64,000 nucleotides of DNA from Terriglobia bacterium (GTDB taxonomy: Bacteria; Acidobacteriota; Terriglobia; Terriglobales; Acidobacteriaceae): contig CAVVYF010000023.1 in assembly GCA_963752375.1 (NCBI GenBank), positions 20,472 through 84,471 of the forward strand, given 5' to 3'. This document shows, piece after piece, positions 29,173-40,710 of this stretch (its first letter is position 1; every line of letters begins with the position of its first letter). The translations under genes were made by a program, and so were the position numbers. The notes under the pieces were generated by a model. It did not search any database and was not told the DNA's origin. It saw nothing but the letters and a program-made list of their open reading frames with translations.

Positions 29173-29627
29173 AAGAGTCTCCTGAGTTGCTGGGAAGAAT
29201 GCGTGAACCTCTATGCTACAGGCGGGGTTGACGGTCGGGCAAGCGGCGGCCTGAGCCTCCTGGGGCCCTTTTCGAAAAGTCGAGTCATCCCGAGCGCGGA
29301 TCGAGCCGCGCTGGCGCGGTAAGAGCAACTCGAGGGTCCCCTGCCTGACCACGGAACCATTCGCCGATCAAACTCCTTCGACTCGGCTCGATGACTTACA
29401 GTCAGGCTGACAAAGATTACGCTTCCCGATACAATCAATTTCGTCTTCCACTGGGCACGATGATGGGTTCGTCCACCAACGCGATGCTGAGCTGGGCCGT
29501 ACTCAAAAGCGGTCTCTGACCTCCGTCCTGCGTTTCCGTGGACGGGAATTCGCGATGCGCTCAGCTCCCGGCCTTACCTGTTAAAATCCCTGCGAATTGA
29601 AGTCAGCGCCCGGCGCTAAAGGTTTAA

Positions 29628-31232
29628 ATGGCTTCCAGCGGCAACTCGAAATACGACGCAATCATCATCGGTGGAGGCCACAACGGCCTCACCACCGCCG
29701 CCTATCTGGCGCGCGCCGGGAAGAAGGTCCTGGTGCTCGAGCGCCGCCACGTGCTCGGAGGCGCCGCCGTCACCGAGGAGGTCTTTCCCGGATTCAAGTT
29801 TTCAGTTTGCTCTTACGTAGTCTCGCTGCTGCGGCCGGAGATCATTCGCGATCTCGACCTGCCCCGCCATGGCCTGGAAATTCTGCCGCTCGACGGCACC
29901 TTCACTCCCATGCCGAGCGGCGACTACCTATGGCGGGTGAACGATCACGGCAAGACGCATCGCGAGATCGCGCGGCACTCGAAAGTTGACGCCGAGGCCT
30001 ACGACGAATTCGGCAAGGCCATGCAGGCCATGTGCCGCTTCGTGAAACCGATCCTGAGCATGGTTCCCCCCGATCCGGCCACGCTGAATCCGAAAGAACT
30101 GATGAAGCTGCTGTTCATCGGCCGCCGCTTTCAGGGCATGACCAGCGAGGACAAGTACAACCAGGTGCAGTTGATGACCATGAGCGCCATCGACTTCCTG
30201 GACCAGTGGTTTGAAACTGACGTACTCAAGGCCACGATGTCCGCGTCGGGCATCATCGGAACTTTTTTGGGCGTGCGTTCGCCGGGAACGGCCTATGTTC
30301 TGCTGCATCACTACATGGGAGAGATTGACGGTGCGTTCCGTTCCTGGGGATTTGCCCGCGGCGGCACAGGCGCGATTTCAAATGCCATCGCCGATGCCGC
30401 CCGCGAAGCCGGAGCCGAAATCCGCACCAAGGCTCCGATCGCGCAGATCATCGTGAAGAACGGTAAAGCTAAGGGTGTCGCGCTCGCCGATGGCGATGAA
30501 ATTTATGCCGACATCATCTCCTCGAGCGTCGATCCGCGGCTGACCTTCACGAAGTTTCTCGAAGCCGGCACGCTGCCCGCGGAATTTCTGGAAGACGTGA
30601 ACCGCTACAAGTATCGCGGCTCTTCGGGCAAGGTGAACCTGGCCCTCGACGCGCTGCCGAACTTCAAGGCCATACCCGGACCGGGAGCGCACCTGCGCGG
30701 CGCGATTTCCATTTCACCCAGCGTGGAATACATGGAGCGCGCTTACGACGATGCCAAGTACGGCAATTTCTCCCGCCGTCCGTACATCGACATGGTGATT
30801 CCCACGCTGACCGATCCTTCAGTCGCGCCGCCGGGCAAGCACATCATGTCCTGCTTCGTGCAGTACGCGCCCTACAAGCTGCGCCCCGGGCTTAACTGGG
30901 ACGACCAGAAAGAAGCGTTCGGCGACAACGTGATCAACACCATTGCCGAGTACGCGCCCAATATCAAGGACATCATCCTGCATCGCCAGGTGGTCACGCC
31001 CCTCGATCTTGAACGCGAGTTCGGCTTGAGCGAAGGTAACATCTTCCAGGGCGAACTTTCCCTGGAACAGCTTTTCTTCCTGCGTCCGGTGCCGGGCTGG
31101 GCGCAATTCCGCACTCCGATCAAGAACCTGTACATGTGCGGGTCCGCCACCCATCCCGGAGGCGGGATCATGGGCGGTCCGGGCAGGCTGGCGGCGCTTG
31201 AAATTCTGAAAGACTTCAAGGGGGCGGCCTGA
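29628..31232 (+). CDS. FAD-dependent oxidoreductase, phytoene desaturase (CrtI)-related family, paralog 1
   Basis: YDAIIIGGGHNGLTTAAYLARAGKKVLVLERRHVLGGAA dinucleotide-binding motif; C-terminal ...NLYMCGSATHPGGGIMG. Confidence 0.85.
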   Translation: MASSGNSKYDAIIIGGGHNGLTTAAYLARAGKKVLVLERRHVLGGAAVTEEVFPGFKFSVCSYVVSLLRPEIIRDLDLPRHGLEILPLDGTFTPMPSGDYLWRVNDHGKTHREIARHSKVDAEAYDEFGKAMQAMCRFVKPILSMVPPDPATLNPKELMKLLFIGRRFQGMTSEDKYNQVQLMTMSAIDFLDQWFETDVLKATMSASGIIGTFLGVRSPGTAYVLLHHYMGEIDGAFRSWGFARGGTGAISNAIADAAREAGAEIRTKAPIAQIIVKNGKAKGVALADGDEIYADIISSSVDPRLTFTKFLEAGTLPAEFLEDVNRYKYRGSSGKVNLALDALPNFKAIPGPGAHLRGAISISPSVEYMERAYDDAKYGNFSRRPYIDMVIPTLTDPSVAPPGKHIMSCFVQYAPYKLRPGLNWDDQKEAFGDNVINTIAEYAPNIKDIILHRQVVTPLDLEREFGLSEGNIFQGELSLEQLFFLRPVPGWAQFRTPIKNLYMCGSATHPGGGIMGGPGRLAALEILKDFKGAA

Positions 31233-31234
31233 GC

Positions 31235-32842
31235 ATGTCTCGAAAAGCGAACGTGCCCGGGCAACGCGACGTCGTCATCATCGGCGGCGGCCACAACGGG
31301 CTGGTTACCGCCTTCTATCTGGCTAAGGCTGGATACAAACCTCTGGTCCTGGAGCGCCGTGCTCAGCCCGGCGGCGCTGCCATCACCGAAGAATTCCATC
31401 CCGGCTTCCGCTGCTCCACCCTCGCACACTCGGCAGGACCGCTGCGGCGCGACATCGTCCGCGCCATGCAACTGGAGAAGCATGGCCTGAACATGATCAA
31501 GACGGACGTGGCGGTGACCTCTCTGTCACCCGACGGCCGGGCCCTGATTCTTTACAACGACACCGAAAAAGCCGCCCAGGAAATCGCCGAGTTCTCCCAG
31601 AAGGATGCGACCAGGTATCCCCAGTTCCAGTCTTCGTTGGCGAAGATGGGCCGCGTCATTGGCAAGGCGCTTACCTTGGTCCCGCCCGACATTGACAATC
31701 CCAGTTCAGGCGACCTGTGGGGAATGCTCAATACCGGACGTGCCCTGCGCAAACTGGGGCGGCGCGATATGTACCGCCTGCTGCGCTGGGGACCGATGGC
31801 GGTGGCTGATCTGGTAGCGGAATATTTCGAGACCGAACTGCTGCGCGCCACCATCGCCGCGCGCGGAATTTTCGGGACATTTCTGGGCCCCTGGTCCGCG
31901 GGCAGCAGCCTGGTCCTGCTCATCCGCGCCGCCGGCGACGAAAACGCCGCAGGGACTTCATGGTTCGCCACCGGAGGCATGGGAGCGGTCACGCAGGCCA
32001 TGGCGGCTGCGGCACAGCAGGCCGGCGTCGAGATTCGCAGCGGCGCCGAAGTTATCGAAGTTCGCGTCAAGGACGGCATCGCCAGCGGGGTCGTGCTTTC
32101 AAATGGCGAAGAAATCTCCGCCGGCGCTGTGATTTCGAACGCGGATCCCAAACGCACGCTGCTGAAACTGGTCGATCCAGCGCAGCTCTCGCCCGATTAC
32201 GTCATGAAGCTGCAGCACTATCGCATGCCAGGTACAGTCGCCAAGGTAAATCTCGCGCTCGGCGGACTTCCCAAATTCACCGCCCTCGAAGGCGAGAACC
32301 ACAATCGCGCACTGAGCAGCCGCATTCACATTGGACCGGAAATCGATTATCTCGAGCGCGCCTTCGACGAATCCAAGTACGGCAATTTCTCCCGGCAGCC
32401 TTATCTCGAAGTCGCGATTCCATCGCTCACCGATCCCTCGCTCGCGCCCGAGGGCAAGCATGTGATGTCGATCTACATGCAATACGCTCCTTACAAGTTG
32501 AAAGGCAGCGACTGGGAAAAGCAGCGCGTGCCGCTCGGCGACACCGTGGTCAAGACCCTGGCGCAATATGCGCCCAATCTGCCCGAACTGATCCTGAGCC
32601 ACCAGATCATCACTCCCCAGGACCTGGAAGAGACCTACGGCCTCACCGGCGGGCACATCTTCCACGGCGAGCTCTCGCTCGACCAGTTCTTCACCATGCG
32701 CCCGCTGCTCGATTGGGCGCGCTATCGCACGCCGATCCAGAACCTCTACCTGTGCGGTTCCGGCACCCATCCCGGCGCTGGTTTGACCGGCGGCTCGGGA
32801 GCCAACGCCGCCCGCGAGATATTGAAAGAGCTAAAGAAGTAG
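31235..32842 (+). CDS. FAD-dependent oxidoreductase, CrtI-related family, paralog 2
   Basis: DVVIIGGGHNGLVTAFYLAKAGYKPLVLERRAQPGGAA; collinear with paralog 1 to the C-terminus (NLYLCGSGTHPGAGLTG); starts 2 nt after the stop of paralog 1. Confidence 0.85.
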   Translation: MSRKANVPGQRDVVIIGGGHNGLVTAFYLAKAGYKPLVLERRAQPGGAAITEEFHPGFRCSTLAHSAGPLRRDIVRAMQLEKHGLNMIKTDVAVTSLSPDGRALILYNDTEKAAQEIAEFSQKDATRYPQFQSSLAKMGRVIGKALTLVPPDIDNPSSGDLWGMLNTGRALRKLGRRDMYRLLRWGPMAVADLVAEYFETELLRATIAARGIFGTFLGPWSAGSSLVLLIRAAGDENAAGTSWFATGGMGAVTQAMAAAAQQAGVEIRSGAEVIEVRVKDGIASGVVLSNGEEISAGAVISNADPKRTLLKLVDPAQLSPDYVMKLQHYRMPGTVAKVNLALGGLPKFTALEGENHNRALSSRIHIGPEIDYLERAFDESKYGNFSRQPYLEVAIPSLTDPSLAPEGKHVMSIYMQYAPYKLKGSDWEKQRVPLGDTVVKTLAQYAPNLPELILSHQIITPQDLEETYGLTGGHIFHGELSLDQFFTMRPLLDWARYRTPIQNLYLCGSGTHPGAGLTGGSGANAAREILKELKK

Positions 32843-32848
32843 TCGGCT

Positions 32849-33123
32849 GTCATCCTGAGCGCAGCCTGACCGCTCGCTTGCGAGCGGTCAGGTGGAGTCG
32901 AAGGACCCCTACCTCCAGCGGTCCACGTGGGGACAGCCGCCCTCGGCTGTCCGGGCTAGAAAGGCTCGCCAGTCCGGCCCTATATCGTTCTACATCTTGC
33001 TTCGGATTTTCCTGGCCTTTAGAAAGGCGAGGGCGGCTGTCCCCACGTGGTTTGTGCTGCCATAGGGGTCCTTCGACTCACCCGCTCCTTCGCAAGCGAA
33101 GGAGCGAGATCGCTCAGGATGAC
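32849..33123. repeat. 275-bp nested composite palindrome built from two repeat families
   Basis: Outer arms gtcatcctgagcg...gagtcgaaggacccct (32849-32913 and inverted at 33062-33123); inner arms ccacgtggggacagccgccctcg / cgagggcggctgtccccacgtgg. Confidence 0.9.
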
Positions 33124-33274
33124 ATTGTGGGTGGTTTCACTCCATCTCCCCACCATTGTGACTTTAGTGCCATCCCTTCCGGAAAACGATTGTGTGGGAA
33201 GCCTGCATTAGGTTTTACTAATCCAAACCTGTGTTCACAGCATTCCGCAGGCTCAGATCAGCGGGAGTGAAAGT

Positions 33275-34792
33275 GTGGTAGAGGATCCTAAATGGGAGTT
33301 GGCCATCCTGGCCACGGTGCAGGGCTTCTATGAGAAGCTGCTGCAGGATTCCATTGGAGGCGAAGTCCCGGTTCCCGCCGGCCTGGAGGCCATTTCCCTG
33401 CAGGAAGGCGATGGCGAAGTGCACGCCACGCTCGACCGCATGCGGCGCTGGTTGCGCCTGCTCGATCAGGCCATTACGCCAGCCATGTTGCGGCGTGCAT
33501 TCACGGCCGACACCGACCCCGAAATTGCCGAAGCTGTCCTGCGCTACTTCACCCGCAAGAAAGATACCAGCGACGTAAATCGCGACAAGACCGACCTGGT
33601 GGCCACGTTTCTCTATCGCCACCCGCGCGTCCCCGGACAATGGGAGCGCCGCGGCTATGGGCTCGACGGCTCGCTGCCGCTGTCGCCCTTCGAGATCGCC
33701 CTGATCGAAATCCTGGCTGACAGCGATGTCCCCTTCCTGCCCGAGGAGCATGTGCAGCTGCTGCGCCGCTTCGATCCCCTGCAGGAACAAGCCCAGAACT
33801 GCCATGACCTGAACTCGCTGCTCGAGTCCGAAATCATCACCCGGGTGCGGGAGCTCAAGCAATCCCTGGATTCGTCCTTTTACCATCCCGGGGTGCTGGC
33901 CACCATCGCGCCCTACAACGCAGCCTTCGGCAAAAAATTTGACGAGTTCTTTCACGCAGCAGCCACCGAAATCAGGAACTTCTCCGTGGCCTTGCAGGAA
34001 CAGGGAGGCACCATTCTGGGGAATGTGGAAGGCGTGGACGTCACCGTCGAACACGTGGCCTCACTGGAAGAAAGCGAATTGCTGAAAGTCGATTACAGCA
34101 TCGCCCTGGAAAAATTTCGCCGCATCTCCAAGCTGAAGCAGGCGCTGGAGCGGCGTCCACCGATTCGGCGGACGTCATATTTTGCGGTGGTCCCCATGCC
34201 TGCGCCGGCGAAGTCTTCTCGCCCGGCTGCGGCCAAGGCGCCGCCCGCGCCTCCGTCGCGACCGGCCTTCGATGTGCAGGCGGGGCGTTCGGCGGTCACG
34301 CCGCAACAGATTTCTACCGAAGAGACCAAGCTCCGCCAAGTCGAGGAGTCCATCCGGGTATTCGTGCGCGTAGCCGACCCGAAATTTCGCCAGGTCGTAC
34401 CCATGCGCTTCTTCAACCTCACCCTGACTCCAGCCGAGGCGGAGGCCTGCAGCGCCGAATACCTTGAAGAAAAGAGCCCGCGCGGAGGCGTCGCCCGTAC
34501 GCTGTTGCGAATTGTGGCCGCGGTGGCCCGCATGACCACGGAAATGGAAGAACTCAAGCGGGCAGAAAATGCGCCATCGCTATGGAAGCTGCACGCCGAC
34601 TCTCTCCTGGCTCTGCTGGAAGTGGCTTCCGCTCTTTCGGAAAAAGCCTCCCGCGTGGCTGCGGACGCGGGCGCGTCAGGCGATCGGGCGGCCGGGGAGA
34701 CCATCCAAACTTCACTGCAAAGACTTCGCCACCGCTGCGAATTGATTGCCGACACCCTGGCCAGTAACCGGAGTCAGGCCCAGACGGTATAA
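33275..34792 (+). CDS. hypothetical protein (505 aa) with central Pro/Ala-rich linker
   Basis: GTG start with GGGAG 7 nt upstream; coherent composition; PMPAPAKSSRPAAAKAPPAPPSRPAF linker; no family recognised. Confidence 0.6.
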   Translation: MVEDPKWELAILATVQGFYEKLLQDSIGGEVPVPAGLEAISLQEGDGEVHATLDRMRRWLRLLDQAITPAMLRRAFTADTDPEIAEAVLRYFTRKKDTSDVNRDKTDLVATFLYRHPRVPGQWERRGYGLDGSLPLSPFEIALIEILADSDVPFLPEEHVQLLRRFDPLQEQAQNCHDLNSLLESEIITRVRELKQSLDSSFYHPGVLATIAPYNAAFGKKFDEFFHAAATEIRNFSVALQEQGGTILGNVEGVDVTVEHVASLEESELLKVDYSIALEKFRRISKLKQALERRPPIRRTSYFAVVPMPAPAKSSRPAAAKAPPAPPSRPAFDVQAGRSAVTPQQISTEETKLRQVEESIRVFVRVADPKFRQVVPMRFFNLTLTPAEAEACSAEYLEEKSPRGGVARTLLRIVAAVARMTTEMEELKRAENAPSLWKLHADSLLALLEVASALSEKASRVAADAGASGDRAAGETIQTSLQRLRHRCELIADTLASNRSQAQTV

Positions 34793-34954
34793 CCTTGCTG
34801 CCAGAATAGCCGCGCACAGCCTGACCCTCGCCGCTACGCCGTCTCCGCAACTGCCCGTCCTGAATCAGTAAACCGGGCGATAACACTTCCGACTTGCCAC
34901 AAGCGCGCGTACTCAGGCACCTTATAGGCTCGCCGAACCCGAGGAGCGGCCGCG

Positions 34955-35734
34955 ATGAGCACTGCCGACGACAAGTTTTACCAGGCCAGAATCACCCAGC
35001 GCACGGACTTTGCTTCCGATCTGTGGATGATCCGCGTGCAACCGAGTGGCGAATTCAAATTCGCTCCCGGCCAGTACGCCACCCTGGGAGTGCAGCGCGC
35101 GGACAAGCGTTCGGAGCGCCCGTATTCCATCGTCTCTTCTCCCTATGAGAGTGAAATCGAGTTCTTCTTTGAACTGGTCCCCCACGGCGAACTGACTCCC
35201 GACATTTACAAGCTGCAGGTCGGCGATCAAATGCTGATGCGAAAGGTCCCCAAGGGACGCTTCACCCTCGAGACCAAAAGCGGCCGCACCAATCACCTGC
35301 TGGTTTCGACCGTCACCGGGATTGCGCCCTTCGTGAGCTACATTCGCACTCTCTACAAGGACTGGAAGGAAGGCAAATTTGCCGGCGAGCAGAAATTATT
35401 TCTGCTCAACGGCGCCAGCCGCTCCTGGGAATTCGGCTACCTCGACGAACTGCGGAAATTTGCCGCGGAAGTGCCCTGGCTGAAATACGTCCCCACCGTG
35501 AGCCGCCCCTGGGACGATCAGAAGTGGACGGGAGAAATCGGCCGTGTCGATGACTTGATTCGCAAATACACAGACATGTGGGGACTGAACGGAGCGAACT
35601 CAGTCGGTTACCTGTGCGGTCACCCTCAGATGATCGAGCACGGCAAAGGCATGCTGCAGCGCATCGGCTTCACCCGGGAAATGTTGAAAGAAGAAATTTA
35701 CTGGATCCCGGGCAAGGAAACCAGGACGGCGTAG
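34955..35734 (+). CDS. fpr: ferredoxin-NADP+ reductase (bacterial Fpr type)
   Basis: 259 aa; FKFAPGQYATLG...RPYSIVSSP (FAD binding) and LVSTVTGIAPFVSY (NADP binding). Confidence 0.85.
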   Translation: MSTADDKFYQARITQRTDFASDLWMIRVQPSGEFKFAPGQYATLGVQRADKRSERPYSIVSSPYESEIEFFFELVPHGELTPDIYKLQVGDQMLMRKVPKGRFTLETKSGRTNHLLVSTVTGIAPFVSYIRTLYKDWKEGKFAGEQKLFLLNGASRSWEFGYLDELRKFAAEVPWLKYVPTVSRPWDDQKWTGEIGRVDDLIRKYTDMWGLNGANSVGYLCGHPQMIEHGKGMLQRIGFTREMLKEEIYWIPGKETRTA

Positions 35735-35788
35735 GCTTCGGAAGAAGCTACGAACGCGCAAATCAGGTTTTCACCTGCGGCGTCATGC

Positions 35789-37402
35789 CTACGCCGTCTC
35801 CTGCTTCGCCACTTTCTCCAGGCCGCGGTCCGCAACCTCGATCTCGCGGATCCTGAATTTCTGGATCTTCCCCGTCACTGTCATGGGAAATTGCTCCACG
35901 AAGCGCACATACTGTGGAATCTTGAAGTACGCGATTTTTCCCTCGCAAAAGTTTCGTATTTCTTCTTCGGTTGACTCTTCCTCTGCCTTCAACCGGATCC
36001 AGGCCACTACTACTTCTCCCAGGCGCTCGTCTGGAATTCCCACCACCTGCGCCTCGGCGACCTTGGGATGGGTATATAGAAACTCTTCCACCTCGCGGGG
36101 ATAGACATTCTCGCCGCCGCGAATGATCATGTCCTTGGCTCGCCCGGTCAGGTGGATATAGCCATCTTCGCGCATCAGCCCCAGGTCTCCGGTGTGCAGC
36201 CAGCCTTCTGCGTCGATGGCGCGCGCCGTCGCCTCCGGCTCGTCGTCGTAGCCCTTCATCACCATGTAGCCGCGCGCGCACACTTCGCCCTGCTCGCCCG
36301 TGGGCACCGTCTCTCCATCAAGTACCGAGACAATCTTCATTTCGGTGCAGGGCAATGCCTTTCCGATGGTCGCAACCCGGTGCTCCATGGGATCGTCCGG
36401 CTGCGACATGGTCACCACCGGCGCGCTCTCCGTCTGTCCATACCCGATGGTCAACTCGGCGCAACGCATCTCGCACATCACCCGCTTCATGATTTCCACC
36501 GGACAGGGCGCGCCCGCCATCATGCCGGTGCGCAGGCTGGAGAAGTCATACGACTTGAAATCCGGCAATCCCAGTTCCGCGATGAACATGGCCGGCACGC
36601 CATACAGCGAGGTCGCCCGCTCCGCCTGCACTGCCTGCAGCGTCGCCCGCGGATCGAAGGTCCAGTTGGGCAGAACCATCGCAGCGCCGCTGGCCAGCGC
36701 CGACATAGTTCCGATCACGCACCCGAAGCAGTGATACAGCGGCACCGGCACGCAGATGCGGTCGCGTTCCGTGTAGCGCATGCCCCAGGCCAGCATCTTG
36801 CCGTTGTTCACCTGGTTGCGATGCGTCAGCATCACACCTTTGGGCTGGCCCGTGGTCCCCGAGGTGTACTGAATGTTGGCGACATCCGTCGGCTTCACCG
36901 CCGCGCTGGTGCCGCCCAGCATTGTCAGTAACTCATGCCAGCGATCCGTGCCGAAAATGATTGCATGCTCCAGGCTCAACTGCTTGCCCGACCGCGCCTC
37001 GTCCAGAATCTGCGCGTACTCCGCCCGGCTGTCCCGTTCCCACAGGAAGAGGACCTTCATTCGCGACTTCCTCAGCGTGAACGCGAGTTCGTGGGTGCGA
37101 TACGCCGGATTTACATTGACCAGCACCGCCCCCGCTCGCGCACATGCCAGGTGCACCAGCACCCACTCGACGCAGTTCGTGGACCACAATCCCACCCGGT
37201 CGCCGGGCTGTATGCCGAGTGACACCAGGCCGCGGGCCACGGCCGCCGCGGCGGCGCGCAGTTCGCGCCATGTATAACGCTTTGATTGATGACAGGAAAC
37301 CAGGGCCAGGCTGTCGCCCCAGCGCTCGGCCGCGCGATCCAGCACTTGCGCGATCGTCAACTCCCACAATTCATCTTCGGGGCCGCGCGAGTAGCTCAGC
37401 AT
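35789..37402 (-). CDS. AMP-dependent acyl-CoA synthetase/ligase
   Basis: Start ATG 37402 with a GGAGG RBS; IQYTSGTTGQPKGVMLTH AMP-binding motif; ...GWLHTGDLG...GRAKDMIIRGGENVYPRE. Confidence 0.9.
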   Translation of the reverse strand: MLSYSRGPEDELWELTIAQVLDRAAERWGDSLALVSCHQSKRYTWRELRAAAAAVARGLVSLGIQPGDRVGLWSTNCVEWVLVHLACARAGAVLVNVNPAYRTHELAFTLRKSRMKVLFLWERDSRAEYAQILDEARSGKQLSLEHAIIFGTDRWHELLTMLGGTSAAVKPTDVANIQYTSGTTGQPKGVMLTHRNQVNNGKMLAWGMRYTERDRICVPVPLYHCFGCVIGTMSALASGAAMVLPNWTFDPRATLQAVQAERATSLYGVPAMFIAELGLPDFKSYDFSSLRTGMMAGAPCPVEIMKRVMCEMRCAELTIGYGQTESAPVVTMSQPDDPMEHRVATIGKALPCTEMKIVSVLDGETVPTGEQGEVCARGYMVMKGYDDEPEATARAIDAEGWLHTGDLGLMREDGYIHLTGRAKDMIIRGGENVYPREVEEFLYTHPKVAEAQVVGIPDERLGEVVVAWIRLKAEEESTEEEIRNFCEGKIAYFKIPQYVRFVEQFPMTVTGKIQKFRIREIEVADRGLEKVAKQETA

Positions 37403-37445
37403 GACGCCTCCGCTGGTGATGGTTTCGTGACCGCTCCTAATCAAT

Positions 37446-37510
37446 GTCATCCTGAGCGCAGCCTGTCCGTTCGCTCGCGAACGGACAGGCGGAGTCGAAG
37501 GACCCCTACC
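37446..37510. repeat. gtcatcctgagcg...gtcgaaggacccct hairpin repeat
   Basis: Conserved flanks with the private stem cctgtccgttcg-ctcg-cgaacggacagg; lies in the divergent region between the acyl-CoA synthetase gene and ilvD. Confidence 0.9.
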
Positions 37511-37700
37511 CCATATCTGCTCATTCCCAGAGCATCCGGCCAACCACACGCGAAAGAATATACAGCACGAAAGCGTGAAAAGCTTTTTACCGCAAAGGAC
37601 GCAAAGAAACAGACGCAAAGTACGCAAAGAAAACATCTCCCGAATTTGTCCCGAGCCCAGGTTTCTAAGATGAAGCCATCTCTGTCATAATCTTTCTCCC

Positions 37701-39374
<1,674 letters not shown>

Positions 39375-39389
39375 CCTCTGAATGTGACT

Positions 39390-39468
39390 GTGTGGTCGCG
39401 GGTGAATTCGTCCGCGCCGGTCCGAGCACCAAGTCAAAAGCCGCGGGCGAGGTCGCCCGCGACCACAC
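39390..39468. repeat. gtgtggtcgcggg...cccgcgaccacac palindromic element
   Basis: Ends are reverse complements of each other; related copy at 61812-61888 shares gtcaaaagccgcgggcg..cgcccgcgaccacac; partial copy at the window end (about 63976-64000). Confidence 0.85.
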
Positions 39469-39492
39469 CAGTCAAACCAGCCATTCGCACCT

Positions 39493-40443
39493 TTATTTCA
39501 ACTCGTCATTCAAAAGATTTGCCAGCCGCACGCCGGCCAGGGCCACGCGCTCTTTGGCCAATTTCCGTGCAGCCGCGCGGTAAGCCACGGTCGTCGTAAA
39601 GGGTCCGTCGCCGGCCCCGATCGGCGCCACGTAAACAACGGTCTTCGCTTCGTCAAAGCTTTCCTCGATCCAATGTGTAGCGTCCAGGTCGCTGCCCTCT
39701 GCGGCATTCACCGCGGGCAGTGTCTTGGCATATGCCACCGCGGTGTTCGGAGGGCCGGAGCCGGGAAGTCCATCCCAGAAACCGTGCAGCTCATTCCGGC
39801 AGGGGGACGCGCACAGCTTCACACTGTTGCCGCCGCTGTCCCCATCCGGATCCGTCGCGCTCACCCGGGTCGAGGAGTGCAGCGGCTGATGTACGTCGCC
39901 CACCAGGTGGAGCAGCCAGACCAGATCGTAGGATTTCACATCGCCCGCCAGTGTCGTCCCCAGCACCGCCCGAAAAGTTGCGATTTGCGTCTCCGCGTTG
40001 GGTGAAGGAATCGCCGGAAGCGCGGTGCCGTCGGTAGAAAAAGGTGTGTCCACGAAGTGCCAGTACTTGTGGTGCAGATGGTCCGAGTATCCGATGTTCA
40101 GGGATGACGACGCACCGTCGGGACGATTGCCGTGCGGATCGGGCCCGTCGTCCGTATAGCCGGTCTCGCCTTTGATCTGGTCCGGCCACGTGGACGCGAT
40201 CATGAAGATCATCATGTACTTGAACTTCGGCGCGGTGCCTGCCGGAACCATCCCCACCCACTTGTTGTAATCGGGATTTTGTTTGAGCAGCGCTCTCACC
40301 CTGCTCTTGGTTGCGGGCGTTAAACGGTTATACGCGATATACGCCACCGCCATGTGTCCGACTGCTCCCCAACCAAAGAGTTGGGTATTGAATGCCAGGA
40401 GATAGACCAGACTTAATGCGAGAGCGCGGTGAATCCTCTTCAT
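39493..40443 (-). CDS. S1/P1-family nuclease, secreted
   Basis: Signal peptide followed by WGAVGHMAVAYIA...; WLLHLVGDVHQPLH and other zinc-ligand motifs of S1/P1 nucleases. Confidence 0.85.
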   Translation of the reverse strand: MKRIHRALALSLVYLLAFNTQLFGWGAVGHMAVAYIAYNRLTPATKSRVRALLKQNPDYNKWVGMVPAGTAPKFKYMMIFMIASTWPDQIKGETGYTDDGPDPHGNRPDGASSSLNIGYSDHLHHKYWHFVDTPFSTDGTALPAIPSPNAETQIATFRAVLGTTLAGDVKSYDLVWLLHLVGDVHQPLHSSTRVSATDPDGDSGGNSVKLCASPCRNELHGFWDGLPGSGPPNTAVAYAKTLPAVNAAEGSDLDATHWIEESFDEAKTVVYVAPIGAGDGPFTTTVAYRAAARKLAKERVALAGVRLANLLNDELK

Positions 40444-40593
40444 AAATCACCTCATCGCCACGGGAGCGCTTCGCGCCGCGGAAAAATGCCACGCACGGCA
40501 CCTACGGCGCAATGAGTCGAGTGGGAATGTTTGAGGGAAGAACAGGATAGTGCCATACGTCCTGTCGCTGGGCAAGCGAATTTACGTAGCTTT

Positions 40594-40710
40594 TTTGCGA
40601 CCTTTGCGGCCTTCCTTGGCGACCTTTGCGGTAAAGGGGGTTGACTTGGCTTGGCGCTTCCCCAGCCTGAACCGCAAAGGACGCCAAGAAAAGCCGCGAA
40701 GGACGCAAAG
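40594..40710. repeat. CGCAAAGG-type inverted repeat
   Basis: tttgcgacctttgcggccttccttggcgacctttgcggt ... accgcaaaggacgccaagaaaagccgcgaaggacgcaaag; half copies at 27521-27562 and 37589-37630. Confidence 0.85.

Noticed and set aside
31960-33270. 436-aa plus-strand ORF, extremely Arg-rich
   Set aside because: It is an out-of-frame overlap of CrtI-like paralog 2 that then runs through the composite palindrome; the composition is not protein-like.
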